In this document: piece after piece, positions 39,130 to 51,746 of the stretch
How positions within the stretch are numbered: the stretch's first letter is position 1
Layout: the number at the start of each line of letters is the position of its first letter
Source: Vicugna vicugna
Taxonomy: Eukaryota
Direction of reading: 5' to 3'
Length of the DNA stretch: 59,504 nt
NCBI GenBank assembly: GCA_013265495.1
Contig: MU058456.1
Location: 682,001 to 741,504 of the forward strand
Position numbers and translations under genes: made by a program
The notes under the pieces: generated by a model
Seen by the model: the letters and a program-made list of their open reading frames with translations, nothing else
What the model was told of the DNA's origin: nothing
Database searches by the model: none

Positions 39130-40390
39130 TATCCCCATCCCTTCCAGCCCCTGTTTCCACTCACAACCCTAGGTGGCCATTGTCGGTTTGGTCTGTGTTC
39201 TTCTATTCCTTATTCCATGTACATATGAGTGCATTCACATTCATTGTTTTGGTGTGGTTGTTATAATGGGATTATAGCTCTTGAATTTGCTTTGCTTACT
39301 TGATCAACCTTCTAAGTCAGTGTCTACAGATTTATCCCACTCTTTTTAATCATACCTAATATTCTATTTTATAGATAGACCACATTTCATTTAACCATTT
39401 CCCCATGAATGGACATTCACGTTACTTCCAATCCCCTGCTCCTCCTCTGCCCCACAACAAACAATACTGCAATCTTTGTACCTGTGCCCTTACGTACTGG
39501 TCCTTTTTTTTCTCCCTATAGGATAGATTCCCAGAAGTGGAATTGCTTGGTCAAACGGTATGTGTATTTTTGATTTTAATACATTATTTTTCCCAAAGGA
39601 AGAGTATATCACGTTTGCACATGAGTACCCACTTCCTACATTCTCACCAGCATTAGATACCATTGTTCCTTTTAATTCTTGCCAATCTTATTATCTCTGA
39701 TCATTAATTTACATTTTCTTCACTGCCACTGATGTTGAATATATTTACATATGTTCATTGTCCATTTGAATTTCTTTTTTCTTCATTTCCTATTCATTTC
39801 CACTGCCCATTTTTTCTACTTTGTAGTGTTTTTTCTTTCACAATTTCTGGGAGCTATTTGTTGTGTTTTTGAAATGTTTATTCTTTGTTATATGTGTACA
39901 AATACAGCTTTACAGTTCTTGTCTCTGTGTATGATATCTTTTACCAAGGAAATTGTTGTTTACTATTTAATCAAGTATGTCTGTCTTTTTTTTTTTTTTT
40001 TAATTGCTTCTGAGTTACCTGTTTTGCTAGATGGTATTGTCTGTCCCACGGTCATGTAAATTTTCTTCCGAATTTAAAAAAAACATTAAAGTCTTACTCC
40101 CATTTTAAGTGTTGTAGATGATACAAAGTTACTTAAGTCCTAGTTACTACAAGAAACTTTATTTTCCATGGTATTGAAATGTTACCCTTGTCAAATATAA
40201 AGATGCCGTATACGTCTGTATCTATTTCTCACCTCTCTGTTCTGATCCCTGTCTGTTTCTGTGCCATCACCATTTTGTTTTTAATTCAATGGCTTTCTTC
40301 TAGTGAGTTGTAATGTCTGGTAAGTTCTCCCTCACTGGACTTCTTTTAATACTTTTAATGATTGTTTTTAGACATTTATTTTTTGTTTCA
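39130..40390 (-). mobile_element. Ancient L1ME-type element (ORF2 end/3'UTR), host of the 36-nt exon
   Basis: catttcatttaaccatttccccatgaatggacatt...cccagaagtggaattgcttggtc...cattctcaccagcatt...ttgccaatct...gatgttgaatatattt, collinear with the antisense L1 at 43850-44533. Confidence 0.8.
39522..39557 (+). CDS. MAST4: Alternative cassette exon, 36 nt, phase 2/2, (L)IDSQKWNCLVK(R), inside an antisense ancient L1
   Basis: Acceptor tccttttttttctccctatag| and donor CG|gtatgt. Joined to the upstream TT it reads TTG ATA GAT TCC CAG AAG TGG AAT TGC TTG GTC AAA CG, a peptide recalled from MAST4 isoforms. Confidence 0.8.
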
Positions 40391-42104
40391 TACTGATCTG
40401 GTTAACTTAAATTTTAAAACTTAAAGTTGAGGATTTTTATCTTAAATGTTTTGAATGTAATATATAATATAGTAATATAAATAGAACCAAAAAATTTTAT
40501 TTCTCAGTTTGAGGATCTCTTTGGAAAATATTTACTGATAACCTTGAGGTTATTTCTTCTGTGAATTTTAATTCTTTAAATGTGATTTTACTTTGTTCCT
40601 GTGATAATTACCCCAGGATGCAAAAATAGGAATACAGGAATGGCATATTTTAATCTGTCTAAAAATTAGATTTTAATAAAGCTAAAGTGATTAAAGCTTT
40701 TAGTGGCTGTAACCTTATACATAATTTGTAATTCTGTTTATATAACAAACCATAAATTGGATTGGTTGAGGGGTGTGTAGATAATGGGAACAAAGAACTG
40801 TTACTGGAGTGCATAAAAACTGTGTGTTTTATGATTTCAATCAGTCTCTTATGATTTCATTTTCCTGAAACTTAAACAATGTTGACTTAAGAAATTTTCA
40901 CACTGAAAATTTGGAGTAAAGTTGTCTAATATTGTGTGTTTTTGACCATTCTTAACGTTAAATATGTATTAATGTGATATAACTTAATTGTGTTCACTAA
41001 CATTCTTAATTGCTTTTTTTGAAAACTTTAATTGTTAATATTAAGGTGATAAATACCTTTGCATTTTCTACAGACTTTTAGAATATTGGAGCTAAACACT
41101 AAAACTGCCTGTGGTTAAAAATAATAGTGTTATCTTAAAAATGAATACATCTGCAGATACTCATGAGGTCTGTATTTTGCTTATGAGAGTAAAGGAACAT
41201 TCCCATGTAGGTTCTACACATGTTTACTTGGTTAATTAGAGGGGGGGAAAAAGAAAGCCATTAGGTTGTTCTATAGCCAAAAAGGAAATGATGAAATTAT
41301 ATATTGTGATCATTATTGAATGATATATTTGAAAAAATATAATTATGTTTTTAAAAATGAGATTCTTAGTACTTTCAATGATATTATAATTCAAATAAAT
41401 GGATTGGTATGGGAATTTTTTGCATATGTATAAATATTAAAGATGGTAATTTTAAAAAGAGGGAGAAACTAAATTATTCACATCAAGACTAAAAAAGGAC
41501 TTAGCAAAGTTAGAGTTCACTTTGAATCTTCTGTACGAACTTGCAATCTTTATTAAATCAAAACCAAGTGTAATTTTTCTGCCTTGTTCTAAATAAGACG
41601 ATGAACAGCTGCTTCCTAGCTTCCACCTTTTCCACTCTACCAGGATTCTTTCTGGGACATAACCAGATGTCATGGTTGGGATAGGGAACATTTTGTTGGT
41701 TTCAGAACAGTTTTTTGTTTTGTTTTGTTTTGCTTGACTTTTGGGGGGGATTTTTTTTCCCCTGATGAGCAGGGATGCTTTTGATAGTGTTTGGAACTAT
41801 GAAGGACAGATGAACCAAACTGAAGGAGCTCCTGCTGGCCAGTATGGAAGTTTAAGTGACAGAGGAAGTGGTACTTACCAGCTGTTGAATAAACTGAGCC
41901 TGCCAAAAGCCAAGAATCAATCGTATTATATTAAGTACGACAAATCATATGAACTATACCAAATAAAAGGAAACATCACATTTCCCATGTTTCCAAATGA
42001 GCTGTATTTTGACCAACTCAAATTGTGTTCCCTGCAGTTAGGTTTTAGTCATCATCAAAATAGACAAAGTTGATACACATAAATATAAAAAGATATTTGT
42101 TATG

Positions 42105-42461
42105 AAATATTACATGATATCACTTATATGTGGAATCTAAAAGATAATACAAATGAATGTATTTGTGAAACAGAAACAGACTCACAGATGTAGAAAACAA
42201 ACTTACGGTTATCAAAGGGAAAGGGAGGGGAGGGATAAAGCAGGAGTTTGGGATTAACAGATACACGCTACTCTATATACTATATAGAAAACAGATAAAC
42301 AACAAGAACCTACTGTATATATAGCACAAGGAACTGTATTCAATATCTTGAAATAACTTATAATGGAAATAAATATGAAAAAGAATATGTATATGTAATG
42401 TGAATCACTTTACACCTGAAATTAACACAATATTATAAATCAGTTATACTTCAATAAAAAA
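42105..42461 (+). mobile_element. L1 3'UTR, sense, with polyA signal
   Basis: atgatatcacttatatgtggaatctaaaa...acagactcacaga...tatacttcaataaaaaa; AATAAA at 42453-42458. Confidence 0.88.
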
Positions 42462-43849
42462 GGTATAATTAGAATATATTTAAATGTAATTTTGCATGTG
42501 TGTAAATTCTATAGTGTTACTTTTGAAGTTTTTAAATATCTGTAGGCTATCATCAGAACTTAAAGCCACAGTAAAAAAAGAACAAATAAGAGTATCATAA
42601 GATTAATAATAAAGAAAAGTTTCTCTTATAATTTGCCAAATATTTAAGCCTTTAACTTGCTCAAGGCTGCCCAATCCTAGACTCTGGAAGATTAGAATTG
42701 TTCAAATTAGGACAGAGAACCTCTCTGTTTTTGTAAAATAAATAAACATAAACAACCATTTGTGACCAGGGGTTGGGGTGGCTTTATTAGAGTCCATGGG
42801 CAATAAACAGAGTTTTTGTTCTTGAAGCCAGAGACAGTCTAGTTGCTGCAAGTGTGTCAACATATTCAAAAAGCCACTGTGATTAGAGGACTTGAAGTGA
42901 TAAACTAGGAAGATAGAAACACTAGAATAATTAAAATAATGCTCATGGGTCTTAAATGAGGAAGGAAGTGCCCCAGTGCTGCAACCTTGGGTAAAAATAA
43001 CCATATGTGTTAATTTTAATGAATCAACTGAAGGTTATGTTGAGCCCCCACTACTTACATGAAGATACTAAGCAAGTGATAATATTACTGTGCTGACCAA
43101 AAAACAATAATGTGTCTACAAAAATATTTCAGGTATTATGTTCAAAGCAATGTTCCTTCAAGCCAAGGTTATCATTTCTGGACCTCATGTGATAAGGGAA
43201 GCTGGAACCCACCTTAATTCATACATAGGTGTTCTTAATCTAGAACAAACTGAAGTAAAACAACCTTACGTGACGTTGTACTTTGAAAAGATGAAAGAAG
43301 TCTTACAACTAAAAATTAAAACTGAATCACAGTAAATATTTTGTACATATTAATTACCAATTTAAGACTCATAAAGGTTGCCTACAAATGGTCACTACTA
43401 GTAATATGTAACTTCACTTAACAGTGTTCTAATGTAACACTATTCTCTTGTTCTTGTTAAAATGTTGTCCTCATTAAATACTGCCTTCATGTGTTTGATG
43501 CTATCTTAAATTGTCTCAAAGTGAATATCACCAGTATCCCATCTTTCTTTTGTCTTAATCCACCGCTAGAGTATGCTAAGCCTCCTACATGTAGGAGTTA
43601 GAACAAAACACTGATGCGACAGATCCAGTGCGAGGATGAGACTTCCCTGTTGCTTTACTTTTAAAGGTCTGTGGGTGGTAATGTGCAGTATTACCAGAGA
43701 AGATGTGGTTCTTTTGGGGTGAGGGCCCACCCTGTCCCTGGGCTTGTTGCAGAAATTATAAATCAGTCATAATTGTGACCTAAGTGCTTTTTCATTTTTT
43801 TTTCCCTGCTGCCAGGTCTTCTGGCTATTAAGAAATGTGGTTTGTTTTG

Positions 43850-43875
43850 TTTTTAATGGCTGAGTAGTATTCCAT

Positions 43876-43909
<34 letters not shown>

Positions 43910-44936
43910 ATCTTCTTTATCTGTTCACCTGTTGATGGATACTTGGGTTGCTTCTGTATCTTGGCAATTGTAAACAGTGCTGCTGTTAACACTGGGGTGC
44001 ATGTATCTTTTCCAATTAGTGTTTTTTTTTTTTTTTAATTTATACCCAAGAGTGGAATTGCTGGATCATACGGTAGCTCTGTTTTTAGTTTTTGAAGAGC
44101 CTCCATGCTGTTTTCCATAGTGGCTGCACCAATTTACACTCCCGCCAGCAGTGTATGAGGGTTCCCTTTCTCCACATCCTCGCCAACATTTGTGATTTGT
44201 ATTCTTCCTGACAGGTGTGAAGTGATATCTCTTTATGGCTTTAATTTGCATTTCCTTGATGATTAGCGATGTGAAGCATCTTTTCATGTGCTTGTTAGCC
44301 ACCTGCATTTCCTCTTTGGAAAAATGCCTGTTCAGTTCTTATGTTCATTTTTTAATTGGGTTGTTTGTATTTTGATGTTGAGTTGTATGAGCTGTTTACA
44401 TATGTTGGATATTAATCCCTTATCAGTCATCTCATTTGCAAATATTTTCTCCCATTCAGTAGGTTGTCTTTTTGTTTTGTTGATGGCTTTCTTTACTGTG
44501 CAAAAGCTTTGAAGTTTAATTATGTCCTATTTTCAGCAACATGGATGGACTTGGAGGGTAATAAGCTAAGTAAAACAAGTCAAGCAGAGAAAGACAAATA
44601 CTGTATGATACCACTTACGTTTGGAATCTAAAAAAATACAACAAACTAGTGAATATAACACAAAAAAGAAGCAAACTCACAGATGTAGAGGACAAATTAG
44701 TGATTATCAGTGGGGAGAGGGAAGCAGGAAGGGCAATAAGGGATAGGAAGTAAGAGGTATGAACTCAGGTATAAAATAAGCTACAAGGATATATTGTACA
44801 ACACGGGGAACAGAACCAATATTTTATAATAACTATAAATGGAGTATAACCTTTAAAAGCTGTGAATCACTATATTGTACACCTGTACCTTATATAATAT
44901 TGCACAGCCACTACACTTCATTTAAAAAAAAAAAAG
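43850..44936 (+). mobile_element. 5'-inverted (twin-primed) L1: antisense 43850-44533 plus sense 44533-44936 with A tail
   Basis: Minus ORF 44066-44308 ([20 protein letters not shown]) is ORF2; the sense part runs cagcaacatggatggacttggaggg...cttcatttaaaaaaaa. Confidence 0.9.
43879..43906. repeat. (AT)14 microsatellite inside L1
   Basis: Read directly. Confidence 0.95.
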
Positions 44937-47900
44937 CAATAAAAAGTGGAGGGAGGAAATCCCTCTTTGTCCTCCGAAGTTAAACAGGCATCTGGCTTAG
45001 AAATCTCCTGGCAGCTTTTTCTCTAACTCAACTCATCAAGATTTAATAATAAAAAGAAGTAAAAACAATACAAGAAATGTGGAAAAACTGCATGGAGCCT
45101 GCTCCATTTATTTTCATGAAGCCCCTGGGTCAGTAGTCAGTAACCCTCATTGTGCCTTGAAGAGGAGTAGCTGTCTCTTGAGAAACCTGTAAGTGCTGAT
45201 GATATGAAACCTCCAGCTGCATTTAACTTCCAGGTTAAGTTATGTCAAAGGGCGACTTTTTAAAATGACATTAAATTTGACCTCTAGTTATGAATCCCCT
45301 TAATATTTGTATACATCTAAACATTTACATGTGTCAGTCTCCTTGAGTTTTGTAAGTTCTACCAACATGCAAATTCTAATGAATGAAAACACTACTTGCA
45401 AAAAAAAGGAAAAGGAAAGGAAAAAATACCATTGGCCCCTTCTCCTAGTATTAGATTTGTTAAAAGCCAGCTTACTCTTTCTTAGACAGAGAAAGGACTA
45501 TTGAAATGTATGAATAGAACACTTCAAAAACGAACCTGTCAAAGCAACAGAAAGTAGAGATATTTTAAATATAATTGCAGTTGTATTCAGTAGTGAGAAA
45601 AAAAGTCAAAGCATTTCTCCTTAATGCCATCCTGAGGTGGGGAACATTTTGTCAGAATGAGAATATTCATAGGAGGGAGGGCACCTCAGCAGTCTCCAAT
45701 TTAGGACGGCACCTGTCCCTCAACTCCCCATTTATCGGGCCAGGTCTCCACCAGATCTGCTAAAGCCCCTTCATTTTCATCTTCTTAGACACCCTGCCAT
45801 GGGACATAAGATAACGTTTGTAGGGACCCTGTGACTGAACAGACGTTTTCCTTTACATGGTGCTTTCAGAAGAGTCCTTTTATCTCGTAGATGGCTCAGC
45901 TCCTTGGATGTCTGAACAATGAAGAATTGGAGCGAGCTCTATCTACACCAGGACCCTGGGAGCTTAACACTCTTTGAAGTGGATTTCTCCCTTTTGTGGG
46001 GCCACAGTAAAAAGTGGGTTTTTCATAGTCCCTGCATTGATGTCTGGAAAGCCAGATGGCTTTGTAAAATGAGCCCCAAAGCAATGTGACTGATTAAAAG
46101 AAATGCCAGGTAGTTGAAGGCTTTCCTACCCACGGTGTGAGCCTGGCAGAAAGAATTGTTCTCTTGGGGTCCGTTAATATTGGGGAATCTCACTCTCCCA
46201 TATTTAGGGGTCAGCCAGTGACAGTGGAGACAGGTGTTGGCAGCAGGAGCTTTCAAAATGAAGGCTGAAAAAAAACCCCAAAAACCTCTCTAGCCAGCCA
46301 TTGGGAGAACTGCCTTGAAAAGAAATGAAGCTGGTCACTGAGGGAAGTAAGTGCTTTGAGGGTTGTAGGTGCTTTGTGGTTGTGGCTCACATGTTTCAAG
46401 TTACTGTCTCTTTCTGGCTTCCTTTTGTGGTCCTAGATCTGCATCCTCCGGAAACCCTCCAAGCTTCATTGCTTCATACCTGGGGGCGACTCTTACCCAT
46501 CCCTCTTCTCTGCAGAGTAAATGACTGTACTGAGGATGCCCAGCGAGCTCTTGCTGTTTGTGTTGCTCATAGAGAAGCCACTCTGCCCGTTTGTAACCTG
46601 GAGCACTGACCTTAACCTAAGGACTCAGTCATATATTTCAAGTTGTTTGGAGCAAGCAAGGAGGGCTGATGAAACTTGACCTTGCAGGCAGAGGGAATCA
46701 TAGACGTAACAAATTGCTCTCTGCCTTCATAACCTACCATTCGATTATGGAGAAACGGGGTTTGGAGCAGAAGGAAGGAAAAGCTCATTTTAAGAGTCAC
46801 TTTAATAGCCCGTCATAAAGAAGGTAGCTGGCCCTGGTATCAGCTGTGTTTCTGTCATCAGGAAATACTTTAATCCTGCAGTGTAACTCGTAAGACAGAG
46901 GTTTAAAAACCTCGCCCTTCATTTTCTCCCTGTTGTGGTCTCCTTGGCTCGTCAGACTTGGTGCTGATTTGCTCAGAGTAGCAGAGATGGAGAACCGGGG
47001 ACGTGTGTTCTGTGGAAAGAGCTAATTTCAGAAGAGTTTGTATGTTTTGACCTCTCTGAACTTACAAGGATCCTTTCAAAGAGGGAAATAATTCAATCCT
47101 GAAGGCATTTCCAACACTTGTTTTTAGAGAATATACTGACATGTATATCCCTATTACTGTGGTCTATTTTTAAAGTAATAATGTAGAATTTATAATATCT
47201 TAGTTAAAGCTAATTGGTCTTTGTAGAAAAATAATAATTTAAATAATACTTCTAACAGTCCACACAGGGGATCATTGTAGAAGAACTAGTAAACTGGAAA
47301 AAAAATGCATTCAAAAGTACCCCAAATCTCATCACTTAAAGGATAGTTTAGAAAGCAGAGAGTTTAGCTTTCACATATGTCTTTTGATGAGTAATTTTTC
47401 CTTTGGGTATTTTCAGTGTCATACTCTGGTAGCATTTAAGAAATGGGGTAGTGTTTTATGTTACTGTGAGCATTCTTAGAGCAGAAAGCATTAATCAGTT
47501 TTCCTGGTTATTTCCGTCATAGAAAAAGAGAACTGTAGAGAAGAAGAGTTTCCATCCTTAGTCTCACTGTGCAGAGGTAGCTCCCAGCAGCATGTTAGTG
47601 TGTTTCTTGTCAGGGTTTCTTCTAAGTCCTTGTTCCCTGTTGATTGTTGGTTCTTGGTGTGCTTTATCTTGCCAGCTGGGGACTGCTTGCTGGAGCTGAC
47701 CAGTCGTATTTGAGCTGAGTGTCCAGCTTGCCCACAGAATTTGCTGTGTCTTCCGACAGAAACAGCCAGGAGAGCCGAGCACTGGGTTGTTCCTAATGGT
47801 CATGTGTAGTTGTGTGGGCTGCTGAGGCATTTCTTTACTTTCAGTGATTTGTTTTATATAATTCCAAATGCTAACATTTTTTCTACAGCTGTTGGCAATA

Positions 47901-48187
47901 TTTGTTTAGGTTCAGAAAAGCTTTTAGTTTTTGTGTGCAGGAAATCACTCCAAACAACACATTTTAATAGGTTCCAGGAGTCAACAAAGAGATGCTATAT
48001 TCATTTAGGGAATAGAACAGATTTTCTTTGTTTGGCTTTTAACACTTGGGACTTTATAAGATTTCCCCCAGAAAGCCGCACTGCAGCCATTCTTAGCCAA
48101 GTTGTGAGTTGTAGAGTGATTTAGTGATCAGGGAGGGCTTCCCGGAGTTCCTTGCACCTGCTGTCCTCCTGGTTGGAGGTTCCCTAC

Positions 48188-48270
48188 GGCCAGGGGGTTT
48201 CATTCCCTGCTGTGTCCTCCGTGCCTAGAACCATGCCTGGAGTGCAACAGTTGTTCCGTAAATATTTTTA
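48188..48270 (+). mobile_element. L2 3'-terminal fragment
   Basis: ctgctgtgtcctccgtgcctagaaccatgcctgg...gtaaatattt. Confidence 0.55.
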
Positions 48271-49435
48271 CGGGTGTTTTAAAATCATGTATCTCTCTTA
48301 CTATTTAACACTCTCATGGGCTAAACCATTAATTAATTGGCTGAGTAATTACTGTATTCATACACTAAATTATTCCAGCTTTCAATAAGAATATGCCATG
48401 CTCCAAATTTGATGATAGATGTTGGATCATCCACTTAATATATTTGAGTCTAGTGCAATTTTTGAAATATGAAAACAGATAAAAGTGATGGATTTATTAC
48501 TGATCAGTGCTTTCATGTTCTTCCAGTCCTCTATGTAAAGGAGTGTAATTTAAATTTAATCTTGTCCTAAATTCTAATTCATTGATTGTGGGTTTTTGTC
48601 AGAGAATTGTACATCTAGGTGAAAGAGGCTTCCATTTGCCAATCAGAGTTAAGAAGTGCCAGAAATAGAGAAATATGCAAACTGGATTTCCTCTTGGTCT
48701 GGCTTGAATTCCCTGCATCACAGCTTTATTGAGGGGAGGGAACAGGTAACACAGTAAATGAAATAGATATTCGTTGATAGGAATAAATTAAGCTATTTGC
48801 AGTTATGATTCTCATGGTTTGCATATCTCTGTTAATCATTCTTTTGCTGGATGAGGGGAAGAAAGGAAAGAGACAGAGTTTAAGAAAAAAAGTAACCAGT
48901 GGGACTGCCACAGGGAGCACCATCATTCGGGGGGTGGGGGGAATGTTTTGGTAGTAACGGGTAAGGGCTTTCTTACTTGCATGAGAGCAAGAAACTCCAG
49001 AAATCATGTTGGCCGTCCCTCTGGGAAGAGTGAGGGGAGCTGAGATCAGGGAGGGGCTGGCATTTCAGCGTGTGAGATTCCCCAAGTTGGGTAGTTGATG
49101 TACATACAGATGGAGGGCTTTGTTCTGTTACTCCCTTCCTAGATGTTTTATTAAAAGCAATAAAAGATGGAGTGTGGATATGCATGGAAGTGAGGGGAGT
49201 CCACTTTGATCATTAAAAGGATTAGCTTTCTTTATCAGCTTTTTCAGCCTCTGCCATTTCTAGTGTCTTCCAGACAGATCCTGTGCAGAAAGGCCAGGAG
49301 AGGGAAAAAAAGGGGGAGGCGTTACAGAAGGAGGGCAGTGTGTGTGAGAGATGCTGACCAGTAGAGCCCTCTTAGGTATTTGAACTTGCCGAGTCCTCGG
49401 AAGTGAGTGATTACAGTGCATCCTTTTTTTGGTCC

Positions 49436-49812
49436 TTTTTTTATTGAAGTATAGTCACTTTACAATGTTGCATCAATTTCTGGTGTATAGCATAACATTT
49501 CAGTCATAACATACATACATATATTCTTTTTCATTATAGGTTACTACAAGATAATGAATATAATTCCCTGTGCTATATGGTTTAAACTTGTTCTTTATCT
49601 ATTTTACATAAAGTAGTATCTGCAAATCCCCAACCCCCAATTTATCCCTTCCCACCTGCTTCCCCCCAGTAACCATAAGTTTGTTTTCCATGTCTGTTTC
49701 TGTTTTGTAAATAAGTTCATTTGTTTTTCTTTTTTTTTTAGATTCCACATATAAGGGATGTCATATGGTATTTTCCTTTCTTTCTGGCTGCCTTCACTAG
49801 AATGACATTTCC
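49436..49812 (-). mobile_element. 5'-truncated L1 3'UTR
   Basis: ttttattgaagtatagtcactttacaatg...ttagattccacatataag; closely similar to 9704-10042. Confidence 0.88.
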
Positions 49813-50095
49813 GTCTCCTTTTCTCCCACTCACATAGTTGCCCCTCCTGAAGCCCAAGGTAGCTGCCTGTCCATGCAGTCCTGCCGTGTTCACAGACTTA
49901 GAAACGTCGTACCCGAGACAGCAGCACCTGACTTCTCCTTACCTTGACTGTAGTGTTGGATGATCCTAGTTGAGGGGAAGGCCCTGCGGCTTCCCTCACT
50001 CTCACCCCAGCCATCAGGGAGTTTTCCTGGAACCACCCCTGGGACCTGTGCGGCCGGAGCCCAAGGTGGGAGACGATGCTCCAGCCGCCTCAGGC

Positions 50096-50520
50096 TGTTA
50101 GTCTGCTAAGGCTGCTGAACAAAGTGCTGCAAGCTGGGTGGCTTCCACCACAGAAACTTCTCGTTCCAGAAGCAGGAGTCCAAGCTTAAGGTGTTGGCAC
50201 AGCTGGCTTGTCATGAAGGCAGTGAGGGAGAGTCTGTCCCGGGCCTTTCTCCCAGCTTCCAGCAGTTTGCTGGCACTCTTTGGTGTTCCTTGGCTTGTAC
50301 ATGCATCACTTCCATGTCTGCTTCCATCTTCACGTGGCATTTCCCCTGTGTCAAAATTCCCCCTTTTATAAGGACATAGTCACATTGGATTAGGACCCTC
50401 CCTACTGACCTCATCTTAACTTGGTCATAAGCAAAATTCTCTTTCCAAATAAGGTCATATTTGCAGGGCCTGGGGGTCAGGACTTCACCATCCTTGAGGG
50501 GACACAGTGTCATCCATAAT
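50096..50520 (-). mobile_element. MLT1 (B/C-type) MaLR LTR
   Basis: tgttagtctgctaaggctgct...gtgagggagagtctgtccc...tataaggacatagtcacattggattagg...ccaaataaggtcatatt...ggggacacag. Confidence 0.85.
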
Positions 50521-51293
50521 CCCCCTCTGCCCCCATCCCCACTGCTCACATCTGGAAGGTAGATTCCACCTGTCATCCTGAGCTTGTTGTGGTCCATGGA
50601 ATGTTCCCTCCTTTTATCACTGAATTCCTCTGAATGGGTTCCATGGTCCTGCTGACACACAGGGAAGGGACTGTGGAGAAGCACAGGAATAAGACAAGTG
50701 CCTGGTTGGGGAGAGAGCAGTTGAGAGGTGCATTTGCCAGAGAACAAAGCCAGGAAGAAACATGAGCTGCTCCTTGCCACTGCTTTCTTTTTCCTTCCAT
50801 CCGGCTTCTTTTGCATACTTCATTAGAGCAAAGACTAATCTATCGAAATCCCATCAATTCCACTTTAGATGATGGCCAATAAATACTGTTTCTACTACAT
50901 TACCTGTGAAATAGGCCTTTGTGGATAAGCCTGGAAATCTCCCCCTCTGTTTATAATGTTGTTTCTCTGAAAATGCAGTCTGGTGTCTTAATCTTACAGA
51001 GGCAGCTTCAGAGCACAGCCTAGTGTGCCACTGAGATGAGCCTGGGAGAGGGAGCTGCCCAGGACTAGAGGTCACGGCAGCTTTCTCCCCACCACGTCGG
51101 GCTGCTTGTGGGAAGATGCAGAGGGGCACTCTGAGTGGGGGTGCTCTTCCCTGCCAGAAGGCTGTCGCCCCACTTGTCAGCGATGTCTCTCTGGTGAACA
51201 AGGCTGGACCTTCAGGTGCCTCAAGGATTCCCCTGGGAACTGGGCTCCTATCCAGAACTGACACTGGCTGGGGCACTGGCAGAGCCACCCAGC

Positions 51294-51746
51294 TGTATGC
51301 CTAGTATCCATTGATTCCCTTCTGCTCTACTGATAAAACTGATTTTTGTCACTGTGTCTACGTGCCTCCTTCCCTCATAGCTGTATATAGCCATGGCATT
51401 ACATCTTGGCCAATGAGATCTAAGCAGAAATTACTTGGGGGACAGACAGCTGGTGAGGCTCCTTTTTCTTTTCTTCTACTTCCTTCTTCCTGTGTGGAAT
51501 GCGTTTGTGTTGATGAGCGCTCCAGCAACCACACTGGTCCATGAAGTAGAACATGAGGATAGACTATTAAGGATAATAAAACTGAAAAATAGAAGTAGTT
51601 TTAATCTGATGATTTGTAGCCACCACACTTGGACTTCCTGCTTCTGATCCTTTTTTACCTGAGAGAACAATAAGCTATTTTGTTTAAGCCACATATTTGA
51701 GTTTCCAATTAAATGTAGCTGCAGCTATGTGTAACCCTAAGTGACA
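51294..51746 (+). mobile_element. Ancient MaLR LTR (MLT1I/J/K-like)
   Basis: tggccaatgagatctaagcagaa...gctccagcaaccacactgg...tttgtttaagccac...ccctaagtgaca. Confidence 0.6.

Noticed and set aside
50098..50816. Cluster of overlapping ORFs up to 201 aa
   Set aside because: They overlap an MLT1 LTR and show no coding features.
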